Counted from the stretch's first letter, positions 42,772 to 53,596 are shown. The stretch: 64,000 nt of DNA from Thermoanaerobaculia bacterium (GCA_963666565.1 OY762911.1:320001-384000); one strand, 5' to 3'. The notes: generated from the sequence alone by a model not told the origin. Made by a program: numbers and translations.

Positions 42772-44700
42772 GTGACCGGGGCCGCCGCCAAGCGGTTCGT
42801 CGTCGGCACGGCCGGCCACGTCGACCACGGCAAGACCCGCCTGGTGCATGCCCTGACCGGCGTCGACTGCGACCGCTGGGAAGAGGAGAAGCAGCGCGGC
42901 ATCACGATCGACCTCGGCTTCGCGTCGATGGTCGAGGACGGCTGGCAGATCGGCTTCGTCGACGTGCCGGGCCACGAGCGGTTCGTCCACAACGCGCTCG
43001 CCGGGCTGGGCGGGATCCAGATGATGGTGCTGGTGGTGGCCGCCGACGAGGGGGTCATGCCGCAGACCCTGGAGCACCTCGCGATCTGCTCCCTGCTGCG
43101 GATCCCGGCGGGCCTGGCGGTGCTCTCGAAGACGGACCTGGTTTCGGCCGACCTGGTGGAACTCGCCGAACTGGAGCTCGAGGAGGCGCTTGAGGGAACG
43201 CCCTTCGCCGGCGCGCCGATCCTGCCGGTGTCGGCCGAGACCGGCGAGGGCCTCCCGCGGCTCCGGGAGAGCCTGGTGGAGCTGGCCCGCTCGGCGGCGC
43301 CGATCGACCGGCACCGCGGGCTGCCGGCGCGGCTGCCCGTCGACCGCGCCTTCCACCTGCGCGGCCTCGGCGTGCTGGTCACCGGCACGCTGGCCCGCGG
43401 GACAGTGAGCGTCGGCGAGGAGCTCGACATCCTGCCCGCCGGCGGCCGCGCCCGCGTGCGCAGCATCGAGATCCATGGCGACCGCCGCGAACGGGCCGAG
43501 GCCGGCGAGCGGACCTCGCTCCAGCTCGTCGGCGCCGGGCTGGAAGAGGTCGCCCGCGGCCACGAACTGACCGCCCCCGGCGTCTACCGCGCCACGACCT
43601 CCCTGCTGGTGCGGTGCCGGCTGCTCGCGGAAGCGCCCGAGCCGATCGAGGGAAGCTGCCCGGTGCGGGTTCACGTCAACGCCGCGCAGCGGATCGGCAG
43701 GCTGCGAGCGCTCGAAGCCGAGCGGCTGGCGCCCGGCAAGGAGGCGGTAGCGGAGATCAGGCTCGACGAGCCGCTGGTGGCGGTCCGCGGCGACCGCTTC
43801 GTCATCCGCCGGCCCTCGCCCCAGACGACCCTCGGCGGCGGCGAAGTTCTCGACCCGTCCTGGCGGCGTCCGCGCGGCAGGGCGCTCGGAGCGGCGATCG
43901 ACGCGCTGGGTTCCGGCGACGACCGGGCGGCCGCCGTGCAGTGGGCCGTGGACGGCCGCGAGGCGGGGCTGGCGGCAGGCGAACTCGCCCTGCGGCTGGG
44001 CGTCGTGCCCGAGAATGCCGAGGAGGTTCTCAACGGCGCCGCGAAGGACGGCCTGCTGCTGCGAACCGGCGCCGGCGGCCGGTACGTCGCCGCCGCCGCC
44101 GTCCGCCGCGTCACGCGCCGCGCCCGCCGCCTGGTCGAGGCGCACTTCGCCGCCGACCGCCTCTCCCGCGGCATGCCGAAGGCCGAACTGGTGCGCCGGC
44201 TGCTCGGCCCCCGCGCGGGCGACCTCGCCCCCGCCTACCTCGACTGGGCGAGCCGCGGCGGCAAGGACGAGGCCATCCAGGTCGAGGGCGAACTCGTGAG
44301 GCTCCCCGGCCGCGCCAGCGAACTGACCGGCGCCGAGTCGAAGCTGGCGCGGGACATCGTCGAAGGCTTCGAGAGTCAGGGCCTGACGCCCGGCTCGCCC
44401 GAGGAACTCTGCCGCGGCCTGGGCGCCAAGCCCCAGCTCTTCGACGGCGTGCTCCGCTACCTGGTGGACCGCGGCAAGCTCGTCAGGCTGCCGAACGGCC
44501 TCCTGCTGGCCGCGGCGTCCCTGGAGCGGTTCCAGGCCGACCTGCTCGCCAACGGCTGGGACACCTTCACCGTCGCCGACTTCAAGGACCGCTTCGGCCT
44601 GACCCGCAAGTGGGCGATCCCGCTGCTGGAGCACCTGGACCGCCAGCGGCTGACGCGGCGGGAAGCGGACCGCCGGCGGATCCTGCGGCCACGGGACTGA
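42772..44700 (+). CDS. selB: Selenocysteine-specific elongation factor
   Basis: GTAGHVDHGKT, RGITIDLGF, C-terminal GLTRKWAIPLLEHLD. Confidence 0.96.
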   Translation: MTGAAAKRFVVGTAGHVDHGKTRLVHALTGVDCDRWEEEKQRGITIDLGFASMVEDGWQIGFVDVPGHERFVHNALAGLGGIQMMVLVVAADEGVMPQTLEHLAICSLLRIPAGLAVLSKTDLVSADLVELAELELEEALEGTPFAGAPILPVSAETGEGLPRLRESLVELARSAAPIDRHRGLPARLPVDRAFHLRGLGVLVTGTLARGTVSVGEELDILPAGGRARVRSIEIHGDRRERAEAGERTSLQLVGAGLEEVARGHELTAPGVYRATTSLLVRCRLLAEAPEPIEGSCPVRVHVNAAQRIGRLRALEAERLAPGKEAVAEIRLDEPLVAVRGDRFVIRRPSPQTTLGGGEVLDPSWRRPRGRALGAAIDALGSGDDRAAAVQWAVDGREAGLAAGELALRLGVVPENAEEVLNGAAKDGLLLRTGAGGRYVAAAAVRRVTRRARRLVEAHFAADRLSRGMPKAELVRRLLGPRAGDLAPAYLDWASRGGKDEAIQVEGELVRLPGRASELTGAESKLARDIVEGFESQGLTPGSPEELCRGLGAKPQLFDGVLRYLVDRGKLVRLPNGLLLAAASLERFQADLLANGWDTFTVADFKDRFGLTRKWAIPLLEHLDRQRLTRREADRRRILRPRD

Positions 44701-44753
44701 CGGCTGAAACGGGCACTCCCCAGCAGTGCCGCCACCGCTGGGTGCGCGGAGCA

Positions 44754-44782
44754 TTGACGCCGCACCCCTCACCGCCTATCTT
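44754..44782 (+). promoter_or_regulatory. Sigma-70-like promoter of the defence operon
   Basis: TTGACG-N17-TATCTT. Confidence 0.6.
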
Positions 44783-44858
44783 CTACCGTCGTCCTTGAGA
44801 AGCAGTCGCCCCTCGTACGAGGCTGGTCCAGGGTCACGCAGCCAGGATCGCCAGCACG

Positions 44859-47800
44859 TTGAACACCGAGGCCACCATCCGCGAAGGGCAAGTGCTGACC
44901 GGCCCGCTGTTCAGCGAGCCGATGCGGGTCGAGACCGTCCGGCCGAACGGCCCCGGCGTCTGGGTGGCCGGTCTCGTTGGCCAGCAGAGCGAGCAGTTCC
45001 GCCGCGTCACGCTCACGCCGGACGACATCGCCACCCTCGACGTGGCCGACGCGTCCCTCTCCTACGACGGCGACGGGCGGTTGCTGCGCCTGGGTCTCCA
45101 GGCCTACGCGCTCGGCATCGCCTACGAGTTCGACCCCTACTTCGGGCTGTCGATCTCGCGGGTGGATCCGCTGCCGCACCAGTTGGAGGCCGTCTACGAC
45201 CACCTCCTCAAGCTGCCGAGCGTGCGGTTCCTGCTGGCCGACGACGCGGGCGCCGGAAAGACGATCATGGCGGGGCTCCTGCTTCGCGAGCTCAAGCTCC
45301 GCGGACTCGTCGAGCGCGTCCTGGTCGTCTGCCCGGCGAACCTGGCGTTCCAATGGCAGCGCGAACTGAGCGAGAAGTTCGACGAGAAGTTCATCGTCCT
45401 CAAGGGCAGCGACATTCGCGACCAGTTCGGCGTCAACCAATGGATGGAGCGGAACCAGATCATCACCTCGCTCGATCTGGCGAAACGCGACGAGATCCTG
45501 CCCGGGCTCGAACAGGTCCACTGGGACCTGGTGATCGTCGACGAGGCGCACCGCATGTCGGCGCGGGACGAGAGCCACAAGAGCCTCCGCTACAAGCTGG
45601 GAGAATTGCTCCGCGACCGCGCGGACCACATCCTGCTGCTGACCGCGACGCCCCACAAGGGCGACGCGAAGAACTTCAGCCTGTTCCTTCAGCTACTTGA
45701 TCGGGACGTCTACGCCGACGTGACGTCGATTCGAGCCGCCATGAGCCACCGCCGCGCGCCGTTCTACCTCCGCCGCACGAAGGAGGCCATGGTCTACTTC
45801 CCCGAGCGGCAGGAAGACGGTTCATGGGCGGCCAAACCCGTGTTCACGAAGCGCATCCCGCGCACTGCCGACTTCGCCATCGACGGACCGGAATTCGACC
45901 TCTACGACCGCGTGACGCGGTTCGTGAAGCGCCAGAGCCGCCTAGCCGCGGCCCGTGGCGACGATCCCAGGGCGCGCGCCGTCGGCTTCCTGATGGCGTT
46001 GTACCAGAGGCGTCTCGCTTCGAGCACCTACGCCATGCGCCGTTCGCTCGAGAACCGTGCCGCGCGGCTGGAGAAGGCGCTCGCGGAAGCGGAAGACCTC
46101 GTGGTGGCGGCGCCGCCGATTCTCCCCACCGCCGAGGAGCTTGAAGAGTTCGAGGACGCCGCACGCGAAGAACTGGAGCGGCTGCTCGAAGCGATCACGC
46201 TGACCGGCAACGCCGAGCAGGTGCGCGAGGAGATCGACGAACTTCGCCAACTGGCCGACGAGGCGGCGGCTGTCGAAAGCGCGGGGAACGAAGCGAAGCT
46301 GGGACACCTGAGGCAGGTACTGCGGGACGAGGGGTTCTTCGACCGGCCCGACCAGCGGCTCCTGGTCTTCACGGAGTTCAAGGACACCCTGGATCACCTC
46401 CTCGATCACCTGAGAGCCTGGGGCTTCAGCGCCGGCTGCATCCACGGCGGCATGAAGCCCGGCACCCGCGACGAGCCCGGGACGCGGCTCTACACCGAAC
46501 AGCAGTTCCGGGAAGGCGCGATCCAGGTCCTGGTCGCCACTGAGGCGGCCGGCGAAGGCATCAACCTCCAGTGCTGCCACATCCTCTTCAACTACGACAT
46601 TCCGTGGAACCCGAACCGGCTCGAACAGCGAATGGGCCGCATCCACCGCTATGGGCAGAAGCGCGACTGCCTGATCTTCAACTTCGTGGCCACGAACACG
46701 ATCGAAGGCCGGGTGCTCCAGCGGCTGCTTCAGAAGCTCCAGAAGATCCGCGACGCGCTGGACGACGACGCGGTGTTCAACGTCGTCGGCGAGATTCTGC
46801 CGTCGGCCCATGTCGAGCGGACGCTGCGCGACTACTACGCCGGCAAGCTCGGCGATGCCGACCTCGAAGACCGGCTCCTCAGGAACGTGGACGAAGGCCG
46901 CTTCCGCGACATCTGCCAGACGGCGCTCGAAGGACTCGCGTCCAGAAAGCTCAATCTCGACATGCTCATCGAGCGCCAAGCCAGGGCGCGGGAGCGCCGC
47001 GTCGTGCCCGAGACGATCGCCCGGTTCATCGGCGAATCGGCTCGCGACGCCAACCTACCTCTCAGATTCGTCGCCAGCCTGCCGCACACCTTCGACGCCG
47101 GACGTACGCCGCCCGATCTGAAGAGGTACGAGCGCCGGCCCGGTTGGAGACGGCCCGAGCTGGCGGCCCGCTATCCGCGCCTGTCCACGGATCGCGAGAC
47201 GGCGGAACGGAACGACCTCGAATGGGTGACGCCCGGCCACCCGCTCTTCGAGGCCCTGCGGCTACACAGCCTCGACCACGGCCAGGATTCCCTCGCCAGG
47301 GGCGCATGCTTCCACTCCATCGCCCACGAGGCGCCGACGCGCCTCGAGTTCTACCGGGCCCGAGTCGTGGACGGCCTCGGCAAGGTGATCCACGAGCGCC
47401 TGTTCGCTCTGGAACTCCAACCCGACGGTTCCCCCCGGCTTCGGGGGCCGGACGCGCTCGGCAACCTGACGCCTGCGCCTTCCCCGGAATCGCTCCCGGC
47501 AGCGGCGTTCCTCCCGGAGGCCACAGCCTGGCTGGACGAGAACGCGCTACGCCCGTTCCTGCGCGAAGTCCGGGACGAACGCCGGGAAGAAGTCGAGCGG
47601 ATCGCCGAGCACGTCGACCTCTCGCTGACCGCCGCCATCCAGCGAACCGACGACGAGATCGGCCACGCGGCCCAGGAGACGCAGGACGACGTGCAGGGCG
47701 CCCAGGGCCGCCTGGCCCGGGCCGAGAACCGCCATGCCGAGTTGCTGACCCGGCGAGACCAACGCCGAGACGAACTCGACCGGCAGCGAGCCGTGACCCT

Positions 47801-48308
47801 GCAGGCGGTGGAACGCCTGGCGAGCGCGCTCATCCTGCCCCACCCCGACAGGGACGCGCCCGACCTCAGGAACCTCCGCCCCCACCCCGAGACCGAAATG
47901 ACCGCCATGCGGATCGTCATCGAGCACGAAGAGGCGCGGGGCCGCCACGTCGAGGACGTTCACCAGCAGAACCTCGGCTACGACATCACCAGCCTCGACC
48001 TGGAATCGGGTGAACTCCGCCTGATCGAGATCAAGGGCCTTGCGGGCCGGACTGGCAGCATCCTGCTGACACCGAACGAGCGGCGCGTGGCGGAGGATCG
48101 GCGGGACTGCTACTGGCTCTACGTGGTCACCGACTGCGCGACGGAGCCTCAGCTACAGGAACCCGTTCACGACCCCGCCCGGTTTCCGTGGCGCGACGTC
48201 ACGAAGGTGGACCACTACTATCTGGACGTGAACGCGCTCAGAAAACCCATGGAACTGCGGGAGCGCGGCGGTCGCCGCGACGGCCGGAGTTGGGGGCAGT
48301 CGACATGA
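44859..48308 (+). CDS. SNF2-family helicase with C-terminal DUF3883-like nuclease
   Basis: LADDAGAGKT, DEAH, TATPH, EGINLQ, EQRMGRIHR; C-terminal GYDI.S...IEIKG...LTPNE. Confidence 0.88.
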   Translation: MNTEATIREGQVLTGPLFSEPMRVETVRPNGPGVWVAGLVGQQSEQFRRVTLTPDDIATLDVADASLSYDGDGRLLRLGLQAYALGIAYEFDPYFGLSISRVDPLPHQLEAVYDHLLKLPSVRFLLADDAGAGKTIMAGLLLRELKLRGLVERVLVVCPANLAFQWQRELSEKFDEKFIVLKGSDIRDQFGVNQWMERNQIITSLDLAKRDEILPGLEQVHWDLVIVDEAHRMSARDESHKSLRYKLGELLRDRADHILLLTATPHKGDAKNFSLFLQLLDRDVYADVTSIRAAMSHRRAPFYLRRTKEAMVYFPERQEDGSWAAKPVFTKRIPRTADFAIDGPEFDLYDRVTRFVKRQSRLAAARGDDPRARAVGFLMALYQRRLASSTYAMRRSLENRAARLEKALAEAEDLVVAAPPILPTAEELEEFEDAAREELERLLEAITLTGNAEQVREEIDELRQLADEAAAVESAGNEAKLGHLRQVLRDEGFFDRPDQRLLVFTEFKDTLDHLLDHLRAWGFSAGCIHGGMKPGTRDEPGTRLYTEQQFREGAIQVLVATEAAGEGINLQCCHILFNYDIPWNPNRLEQRMGRIHRYGQKRDCLIFNFVATNTIEGRVLQRLLQKLQKIRDALDDDAVFNVVGEILPSAHVERTLRDYYAGKLGDADLEDRLLRNVDEGRFRDICQTALEGLASRKLNLDMLIERQARARERRVVPETIARFIGESARDANLPLRFVASLPHTFDAGRTPPDLKRYERRPGWRRPELAARYPRLSTDRETAERNDLEWVTPGHPLFEALRLHSLDHGQDSLARGACFHSIAHEAPTRLEFYRARVVDGLGKVIHERLFALELQPDGSPRLRGPDALGNLTPAPSPESLPAAAFLPEATAWLDENALRPFLREVRDERREEVERIAEHVDLSLTAAIQRTDDEIGHAAQETQDDVQGAQGRLARAENRHAELLTRRDQRRDELDRQRAVTLQAVERLASALILPHPDRDAPDLRNLRPHPETEMTAMRIVIEHEEARGRHVEDVHQQNLGYDITSLDLESGELRLIEIKGLAGRTGSILLTPNERRVAEDRRDCYWLYVVTDCATEPQLQEPVHDPARFPWRDVTKVDHYYLDVNALRKPMELRERGGRRDGRSWGQST

Positions 48309-48634
48309 GCCGGCGACGCACCGTCGACCAGGAGACGCTGGACGAGATCGTCCGCCGGATCGTGGAGGCGGTCGAACCGGAACGGATCATCCTGTTCGGG
48401 TCGGCGGCGCGATGCGAAATGGGCCCGCACAGCGACATCGACCTGCTGGTCGTCAAGGACTGCGAGAGTCCCCTGAAGGCCATGCAGGAAATCTACAGGC
48501 ACCTCTGGGGCCTCGGCGTCGCGGTCGATGCCCTCGTCGCGTCGCCAGCCCGCGTGGAGCGCTACCGCGACAGCCATCCGCTCGTCTTCAAGCCGGTGCT
48601 GAGGGAGGGGCGCGTGATCTATGAAGCCGCCTGA
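48305..48634 (+). CDS. Minimal nucleotidyltransferase (MNT antitoxin-like)
   Basis: ILFGSAAR...SDIDLLVV, EGRVIYE. Confidence 0.88.
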   Translation: MSRRRTVDQETLDEIVRRIVEAVEPERIILFGSAARCEMGPHSDIDLLVVKDCESPLKAMQEIYRHLWGLGVAVDALVASPARVERYRDSHPLVFKPVLREGRVIYEAA

Positions 48635-48758
48635 GTCTCTGCCGCTGGACGATCCGCGCTCATGGTTGCACCACGCCCACAGCGATCTGTGGATCGCCAA
48701 GGCCGACGCCGTCCAGATTGCCGTGAGCGTCGTCCGACGGGGCGACGAACGCCTGTGA
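48621..48758 (+). pseudogene. HEPN protein with internal in-frame deletion
   Basis: MKPPESLPLDDPRSWLHHAHSDLWIAK joined directly to DAVQIAVSVVRRGDERL, i.e. the first and last helices of MNT-linked HEPN proteins. Confidence 0.65.
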
Positions 48759-51742
48759 TCCCCCGCGAGTGCAAGCGCCTCGCCGAGGTCGACTTCCCAA
48801 TCGCGGACGTTTCTCGACACGCGGTGGGAGAGAACTCAGGGTCCGCCGGTCACCCAGCAACGCTGCACAAGTGGTGGGCACGACGACCGCTAGCCTCCTC
48901 TCGGGCCCTGCTCATGGCACTCCTCTTGCCCGATCCTTGCGACCCGCAGTGCCCTCCGCGTTTCGCACAACAGGCCAAGTCACTCCTTGCAGGAACATCT
49001 GGTCTTCCCAGGAAATGGGACCACGCAGCCCGTTCCAACGAGGAACTTCGGACAGCTCTGCTCCAGTTCACCGCAGAACTCGCTCGCTCCGACAACCTAG
49101 CCGTTGCAAGAGACGACCATGTCCGCCTCGGGCGGGCCCTGGTCGAAGCCGCCTACGGCACCGAACCGCCTCTTGTAGTTGATCCGTTTGCTGGCGGCGG
49201 GTCCATTCCCTTGGAGGCCCTGCGACTCGGCTGCGATGCCTTCGCCAGTGACCTGAACGCCGTTGCATGCTTGATCTTGAAGGTCCTGCTTGAAGACATA
49301 CCTCGTTCTGCCTCCTCCCTGAGAACAGATTTGCTACGAGCCGCCAAGGCGCTCAACAGGCACATCGAACAACAACTCACCTCAATTCATCCGTCACCCG
49401 CGAGCGGACGAGTCCCCCTTGCCTACCTTTGGGCCCGAACCGTGACCTGCGAATCGCCCCAATGCGGCGCGGAGATGCCACTTCTGCGTTCCTTCTATCT
49501 CAGCGACAAGCGGAGTGTGGCTCTCCGCCACTCGATCAAGCGGTCCGACAGAGCTCCTGCCCTCACCTTCGACATCTTCGAACCCACATCCGGCGACACG
49601 GTACACGCAGGAACTGTCTCCTACGCGAAAGCCACTTGCCTATGCTGCGGATCTGTCTTGCCCCCAGAGCGCCTGAGAGCCCAGCTCACTCAGCAGCGAG
49701 GCGGTGCGGATGTCACATTCGACGAGGCTGGTAATCGTACAGGCGGAGCACTTCTCCTTGCCACTGTCGCCCTGAACCCCGACCGTAAGACGCGACACTA
49801 TCGGCTACCGACAGCGGCAGACTACCGTGCGGTGCGACTCTCGCAAGTTCGACTAGCTGAACTGCTGGACGAAGAACGGCCCTTAGGCACCTGCCCTGTG
49901 CCCAACGAACCACTACCGCTGATGAGCGGCACGTTTAACGTGCCTCTCTACGGAATGAACTCATGGGGAGACCTCTTTACCGCGAGACAGAAGTTGACCG
50001 GAGCGCTTCTCTGCGACGCGGTTCGGAACTTGGTCGCCGATCCGAAAGTCCAACTACTCCTTGCGTTATCGTTAGGAAAGCTCCATCGCCACTGCAACGC
50101 AGTCAGCAAGTGGCATCGAGGTAGCGAAACGGTGGCCGGCGCTTTCGCGCTACAGGCACTTCCGATGGCTTGGGACTTCCCGGAGATGCACCCCTTGGCG
50201 CCCTACGCGGGCGGACTAACGCACAGCATCGAGGCCGTGGCGGGCATTCTCGACAAATGGCCTCGGGGCTCGGCCGCGCCCAGGCTTGGGCAAACGGAGA
50301 ATGCGAGCGCGCTCAGGCACCCGCTTGGCGACGAGACCGCCGACGTCTGGTTCACCGATCCACCGTACTACTTTGCCGTGCCGTACGCTGACCTTTCGGA
50401 TTTCTTCTTTGTTTGGCTGAAGCGAGCAGTACCCGAGGAAGTGCTCTGGTCGCACTCACGCTTCTTAGAAGACTCGCTCACGGCCAAGAGCGACGAGCTT
50501 TGCGAGATGGAACGGTGGGACTCTAGGCGGTATGCGCACAAGGACAAGCAGTTCTTCGAGGACGGAATGGCTGCAGCGTTCTCGGAGGGTCGTCGGGTTC
50601 TCCGGCAGAACGGTGTCGGGTCCGTCGTCTTCGCCCACAAGACGACAGAGGGCTGGGAGGCTCTTCTTTCCGGCATGATCCGGGGCGGCTGGACCATCAC
50701 GGGCTCGTGGCCTCTCGTGACAGAGCGGAATGCGCGCCTGCGAGCCCGCGAATCTGCTGCCCTCGCGACAAGCGTCCACTTGGTGTGCCGCCCACGCGCC
50801 GAGGACGCGCCGATCGGCGACTGGGCCGAAGTCCTGCGCGAGCTTCCCGGCCGGGTAGCCGAGTGGATGGAGCGCCTCCAGGGCGAAGGCATCCGCGGCG
50901 CCGACCTCGTGTTCGCCTGCATTGGTCCGGCGCTTGAGATCTTCAGCCGCTACCGCGCCGTCGAAACGGCCGAAGGCCGTACCGTCGAACTCGGAGACTA
51001 TTTGGAGAAGGTATGGGAAGTCGTGGGCCAAGCGGCTCTCCGGCAGGTGCTCGGTGCCGCCGAGGGAGTGACGCAAGATGGCCTTACAGGGCCGCTGGAG
51101 GAGGACGCCCGACTTACCGCGCTGTTCCTGTGGACGCTCCAGAGCACGGAGGTGCCGCCCGAGAGCGGCAACGCTGCCGACGATGCGACCGCCACAACCC
51201 AAGCCGCCGCCAAGAGCTTCACCCTGCCGTTCGACGTCGTGCGGCGCTTCGCCCAGCCGATGGGCGTCGACCTCGACGCCTGGACCGGCCGCATCGTTGT
51301 CCAGAAGAAGGGTGTTGTACGCCTGCTGCCGGTTACGGAGCGGGCCGACGAGCTCTTCGGCGACGAAGGTGCCGCCACCGTTGCCGCCGTCATCGAGCGC
51401 GACCCCATCGGAAGTCTTCAACAGGTTCTGTTCCCGGAAGCGGCCGCCCCGCCGTCCTCTCGGCGAGGCCGCCAGAAGGCCGGCAGCCGCCGTGGCAGGC
51501 AAGTGCGGCTGGACGCCGACCCGAACCTCGACCCGACAGGCGCCACGACGCTAGACCGCGTCCATGCCGCGATGCTGCTGCAGTCCAGCGGCCACACGGC
51601 CGCCCTAAGACGGCTGCTTGAAGCCGAGCAGGAACGCGGCCCCGACTTCCTGCGCCTCGCCAACGCCCTCTCGGCCCTCTATCCTCGCGGCTCAACCGAG
51701 AAACGCCTCCTCGACGCCATGCTGCTGGCGGCGCCAAGGTGA
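48755..51742 (+). CDS. DUF1156-type adenine DNA methyltransferase
   Basis: LHKWWARRPL, DPFAGGGSIPLEA, Cys pairs, TDPPYY, FAHKTTEGWE. Confidence 0.88.
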   Translation: MIPRECKRLAEVDFPIADVSRHAVGENSGSAGHPATLHKWWARRPLASSRALLMALLLPDPCDPQCPPRFAQQAKSLLAGTSGLPRKWDHAARSNEELRTALLQFTAELARSDNLAVARDDHVRLGRALVEAAYGTEPPLVVDPFAGGGSIPLEALRLGCDAFASDLNAVACLILKVLLEDIPRSASSLRTDLLRAAKALNRHIEQQLTSIHPSPASGRVPLAYLWARTVTCESPQCGAEMPLLRSFYLSDKRSVALRHSIKRSDRAPALTFDIFEPTSGDTVHAGTVSYAKATCLCCGSVLPPERLRAQLTQQRGGADVTFDEAGNRTGGALLLATVALNPDRKTRHYRLPTAADYRAVRLSQVRLAELLDEERPLGTCPVPNEPLPLMSGTFNVPLYGMNSWGDLFTARQKLTGALLCDAVRNLVADPKVQLLLALSLGKLHRHCNAVSKWHRGSETVAGAFALQALPMAWDFPEMHPLAPYAGGLTHSIEAVAGILDKWPRGSAAPRLGQTENASALRHPLGDETADVWFTDPPYYFAVPYADLSDFFFVWLKRAVPEEVLWSHSRFLEDSLTAKSDELCEMERWDSRRYAHKDKQFFEDGMAAAFSEGRRVLRQNGVGSVVFAHKTTEGWEALLSGMIRGGWTITGSWPLVTERNARLRARESAALATSVHLVCRPRAEDAPIGDWAEVLRELPGRVAEWMERLQGEGIRGADLVFACIGPALEIFSRYRAVETAEGRTVELGDYLEKVWEVVGQAALRQVLGAAEGVTQDGLTGPLEEDARLTALFLWTLQSTEVPPESGNAADDATATTQAAAKSFTLPFDVVRRFAQPMGVDLDAWTGRIVVQKKGVVRLLPVTERADELFGDEGAATVAAVIERDPIGSLQQVLFPEAAAPPSSRRGRQKAGSRRGRQVRLDADPNLDPTGATTLDRVHAAMLLQSSGHTAALRRLLEAEQERGPDFLRLANALSALYPRGSTEKRLLDAMLLAAPR

Positions 51743-51746
51743 CCCC

Positions 51747-52958
51747 ATGACTGGCCCGGTCCTGAATCGACTTCTTCTTCACCGCTTTCGGAGCCTGTTC
51801 TCCGAAGAAGTGGTCTTCGGCAACCCGATGTTCGTTGCCGGCAGGAATGGCTCGGGCAAGAGCAATTTCGTGGACGCCTTCGCCTTTCTGGCGGAAGCGA
51901 TGGCGACACCGCTCCAAGCCGTGCTCGACCATCGCGGCGGGTTCAGCACCGTCAGCAACCGCGCTTCGGCCCGAGGGCGACCGTCGAATCTGGGGCTCGG
52001 TGTCGTCCTCGAGGCACCGGACTCGCTTACCGCACGGGCGCGCTACGCCTTCGAGTTGCGCGCAGTGAAGGGGCCCGGCTTTGAAGTCGTTCGCGAGCAG
52101 TGCATCGTCGACGCCACCGACGGGATGAGCCATTGGTTCGACCGGCGAACCGTCCGCGGCGAAACGCAGTGGAAGAGCAACGACTCCATCGAACCCGGCG
52201 TCGCATCGAGCGCACTAGCGCTTCCGCTAATCGGAGGGGATCTGCGCTTCAGACCGGTCCTGGAGTTCGTTGCCAACATCCGGGTCTACCGCATCGAGCC
52301 TGCGGCGCTGCGGTCGATGCAGGACCCGGACGGCGGCACGCGCCTGAAGGCCGACGGCGCCAACACGGCGAGTGTGCTGCGAGCGATCCAGCGCGAGTCG
52401 CCCGACGATTGGAACCGCATCCTGGAGCTCCTCGCCACGATCGTTCCAGGCGTCGTCGACGTCAAGCCCAAGCGTCACGCCAACAAGCTGACCCTCCAGT
52501 TCACCCAAGACTGGCAACAACGCGAGCCCGTGAAGTTCGACGCCTTCAGCATGTCGGACGGGACGCTCCGCGTCCTCGGGCTGCTGACCGCGGTCTACCA
52601 GCGACCAGCTCCGTCGCTCCTCGTCATCGAAGAACCGGAAGCGACGATGCACCCGGGAGCCCTCGGGGCGATTCTGGACGTCGTGCGCCATGCGGGACGC
52701 ACGACGCAGATCGTCGCAACGACGCACAGCCCGGACGTGCTGGACGCCGACTGGATCCGGGACGAACACCTCAGAATCGTCAGTTGGGACCGCGGAGTAA
52801 CCCGGATCGCCCGAATCTCCCGCTCCGCGCGCAAGGCCCTTGCCGAGCACCTGATGGGCGCGGGCGAACTGTTGCGTTCGAACGCCTTGACGCCCGTGGA
52901 GCTCTTCACGGACGACCCGCGGCAATACGAGCTCTTCCTGGACGGTGAACCGCTGTGA
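51747..52958 (+). CDS. ABC-type (AAA_21) ATPase
   Basis: GRNGSGKSN, MSDGTLR, IEEPE, TTHSP. Confidence 0.88.
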   Translation: MTGPVLNRLLLHRFRSLFSEEVVFGNPMFVAGRNGSGKSNFVDAFAFLAEAMATPLQAVLDHRGGFSTVSNRASARGRPSNLGLGVVLEAPDSLTARARYAFELRAVKGPGFEVVREQCIVDATDGMSHWFDRRTVRGETQWKSNDSIEPGVASSALALPLIGGDLRFRPVLEFVANIRVYRIEPAALRSMQDPDGGTRLKADGANTASVLRAIQRESPDDWNRILELLATIVPGVVDVKPKRHANKLTLQFTQDWQQREPVKFDAFSMSDGTLRVLGLLTAVYQRPAPSLLVIEEPEATMHPGALGAILDVVRHAGRTTQIVATTHSPDVLDADWIRDEHLRIVSWDRGVTRIARISRSARKALAEHLMGAGELLRSNALTPVELFTDDPRQYELFLDGEPL

Positions 52959-53596
52959 GAATCCAGCCCATCGTGGAGGGCCACGGCGAGGTGGCCGCGC
53001 TGCCTGTGCTTCTTCGCCGCCTCCGCGACGAAGCGGAAGCCTGGAGCGTCGATATCGCACGGCCGATTCGCCGAACCCGCCACCAGCTAGGGCGGGCACC
53101 GGACGTCGAGCGTGCCGTCCGTCTGGCGCTCCTGCAACCGGCCTGCGCCGCAATCCTGATTGTCTTCGACGGAGACCGTGATTGTCCAGCGACCTTGGGC
53201 CCCGAGGTTCAGGCATGGGCCGTCGCGGCGGCGGCTCATGTACCCTGCCAGGTCGTCATCGCGCACCGCGAGTACGAAGCGTGGTTCCTGGCCGCCGTCG
53301 AGTCGCTGCGCGGACAGGGCCTTCGCGACGATGCCCAGCCCCACCCCGAACCGGAAGAGCCACGAGGCGCGAAGGAGGAGCTTGAACGGCTGATGCCGAC
53401 GGGCTCAAGCTACCTTGAGCGCATCGACCAGCCGGCCTTCAGTCACAGATTCAGTCTGCCGACGGCGCACCGGCGCTCCAGGTCCTTTCGCAAGCTGGTC
53501 AAGTCGTTCGGGAACTTGATCCGCTCGATGGACCAAGAGATCGCCGTCTGGCCCCCCGCGTCTTGGTCAGACCTGCATGGAGAGGACCTGGCGTGA
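52955..53596 (+). CDS. DUF4276-like TOPRIM-fold protein (type 1)
   Basis: IVEGHGE, DGDRDCP, EYEAWFLA, SRSFRKL. Confidence 0.8.
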   Translation: MRIQPIVEGHGEVAALPVLLRRLRDEAEAWSVDIARPIRRTRHQLGRAPDVERAVRLALLQPACAAILIVFDGDRDCPATLGPEVQAWAVAAAAHVPCQVVIAHREYEAWFLAAVESLRGQGLRDDAQPHPEPEEPRGAKEELERLMPTGSSYLERIDQPAFSHRFSLPTAHRRSRSFRKLVKSFGNLIRSMDQEIAVWPPASWSDLHGEDLA

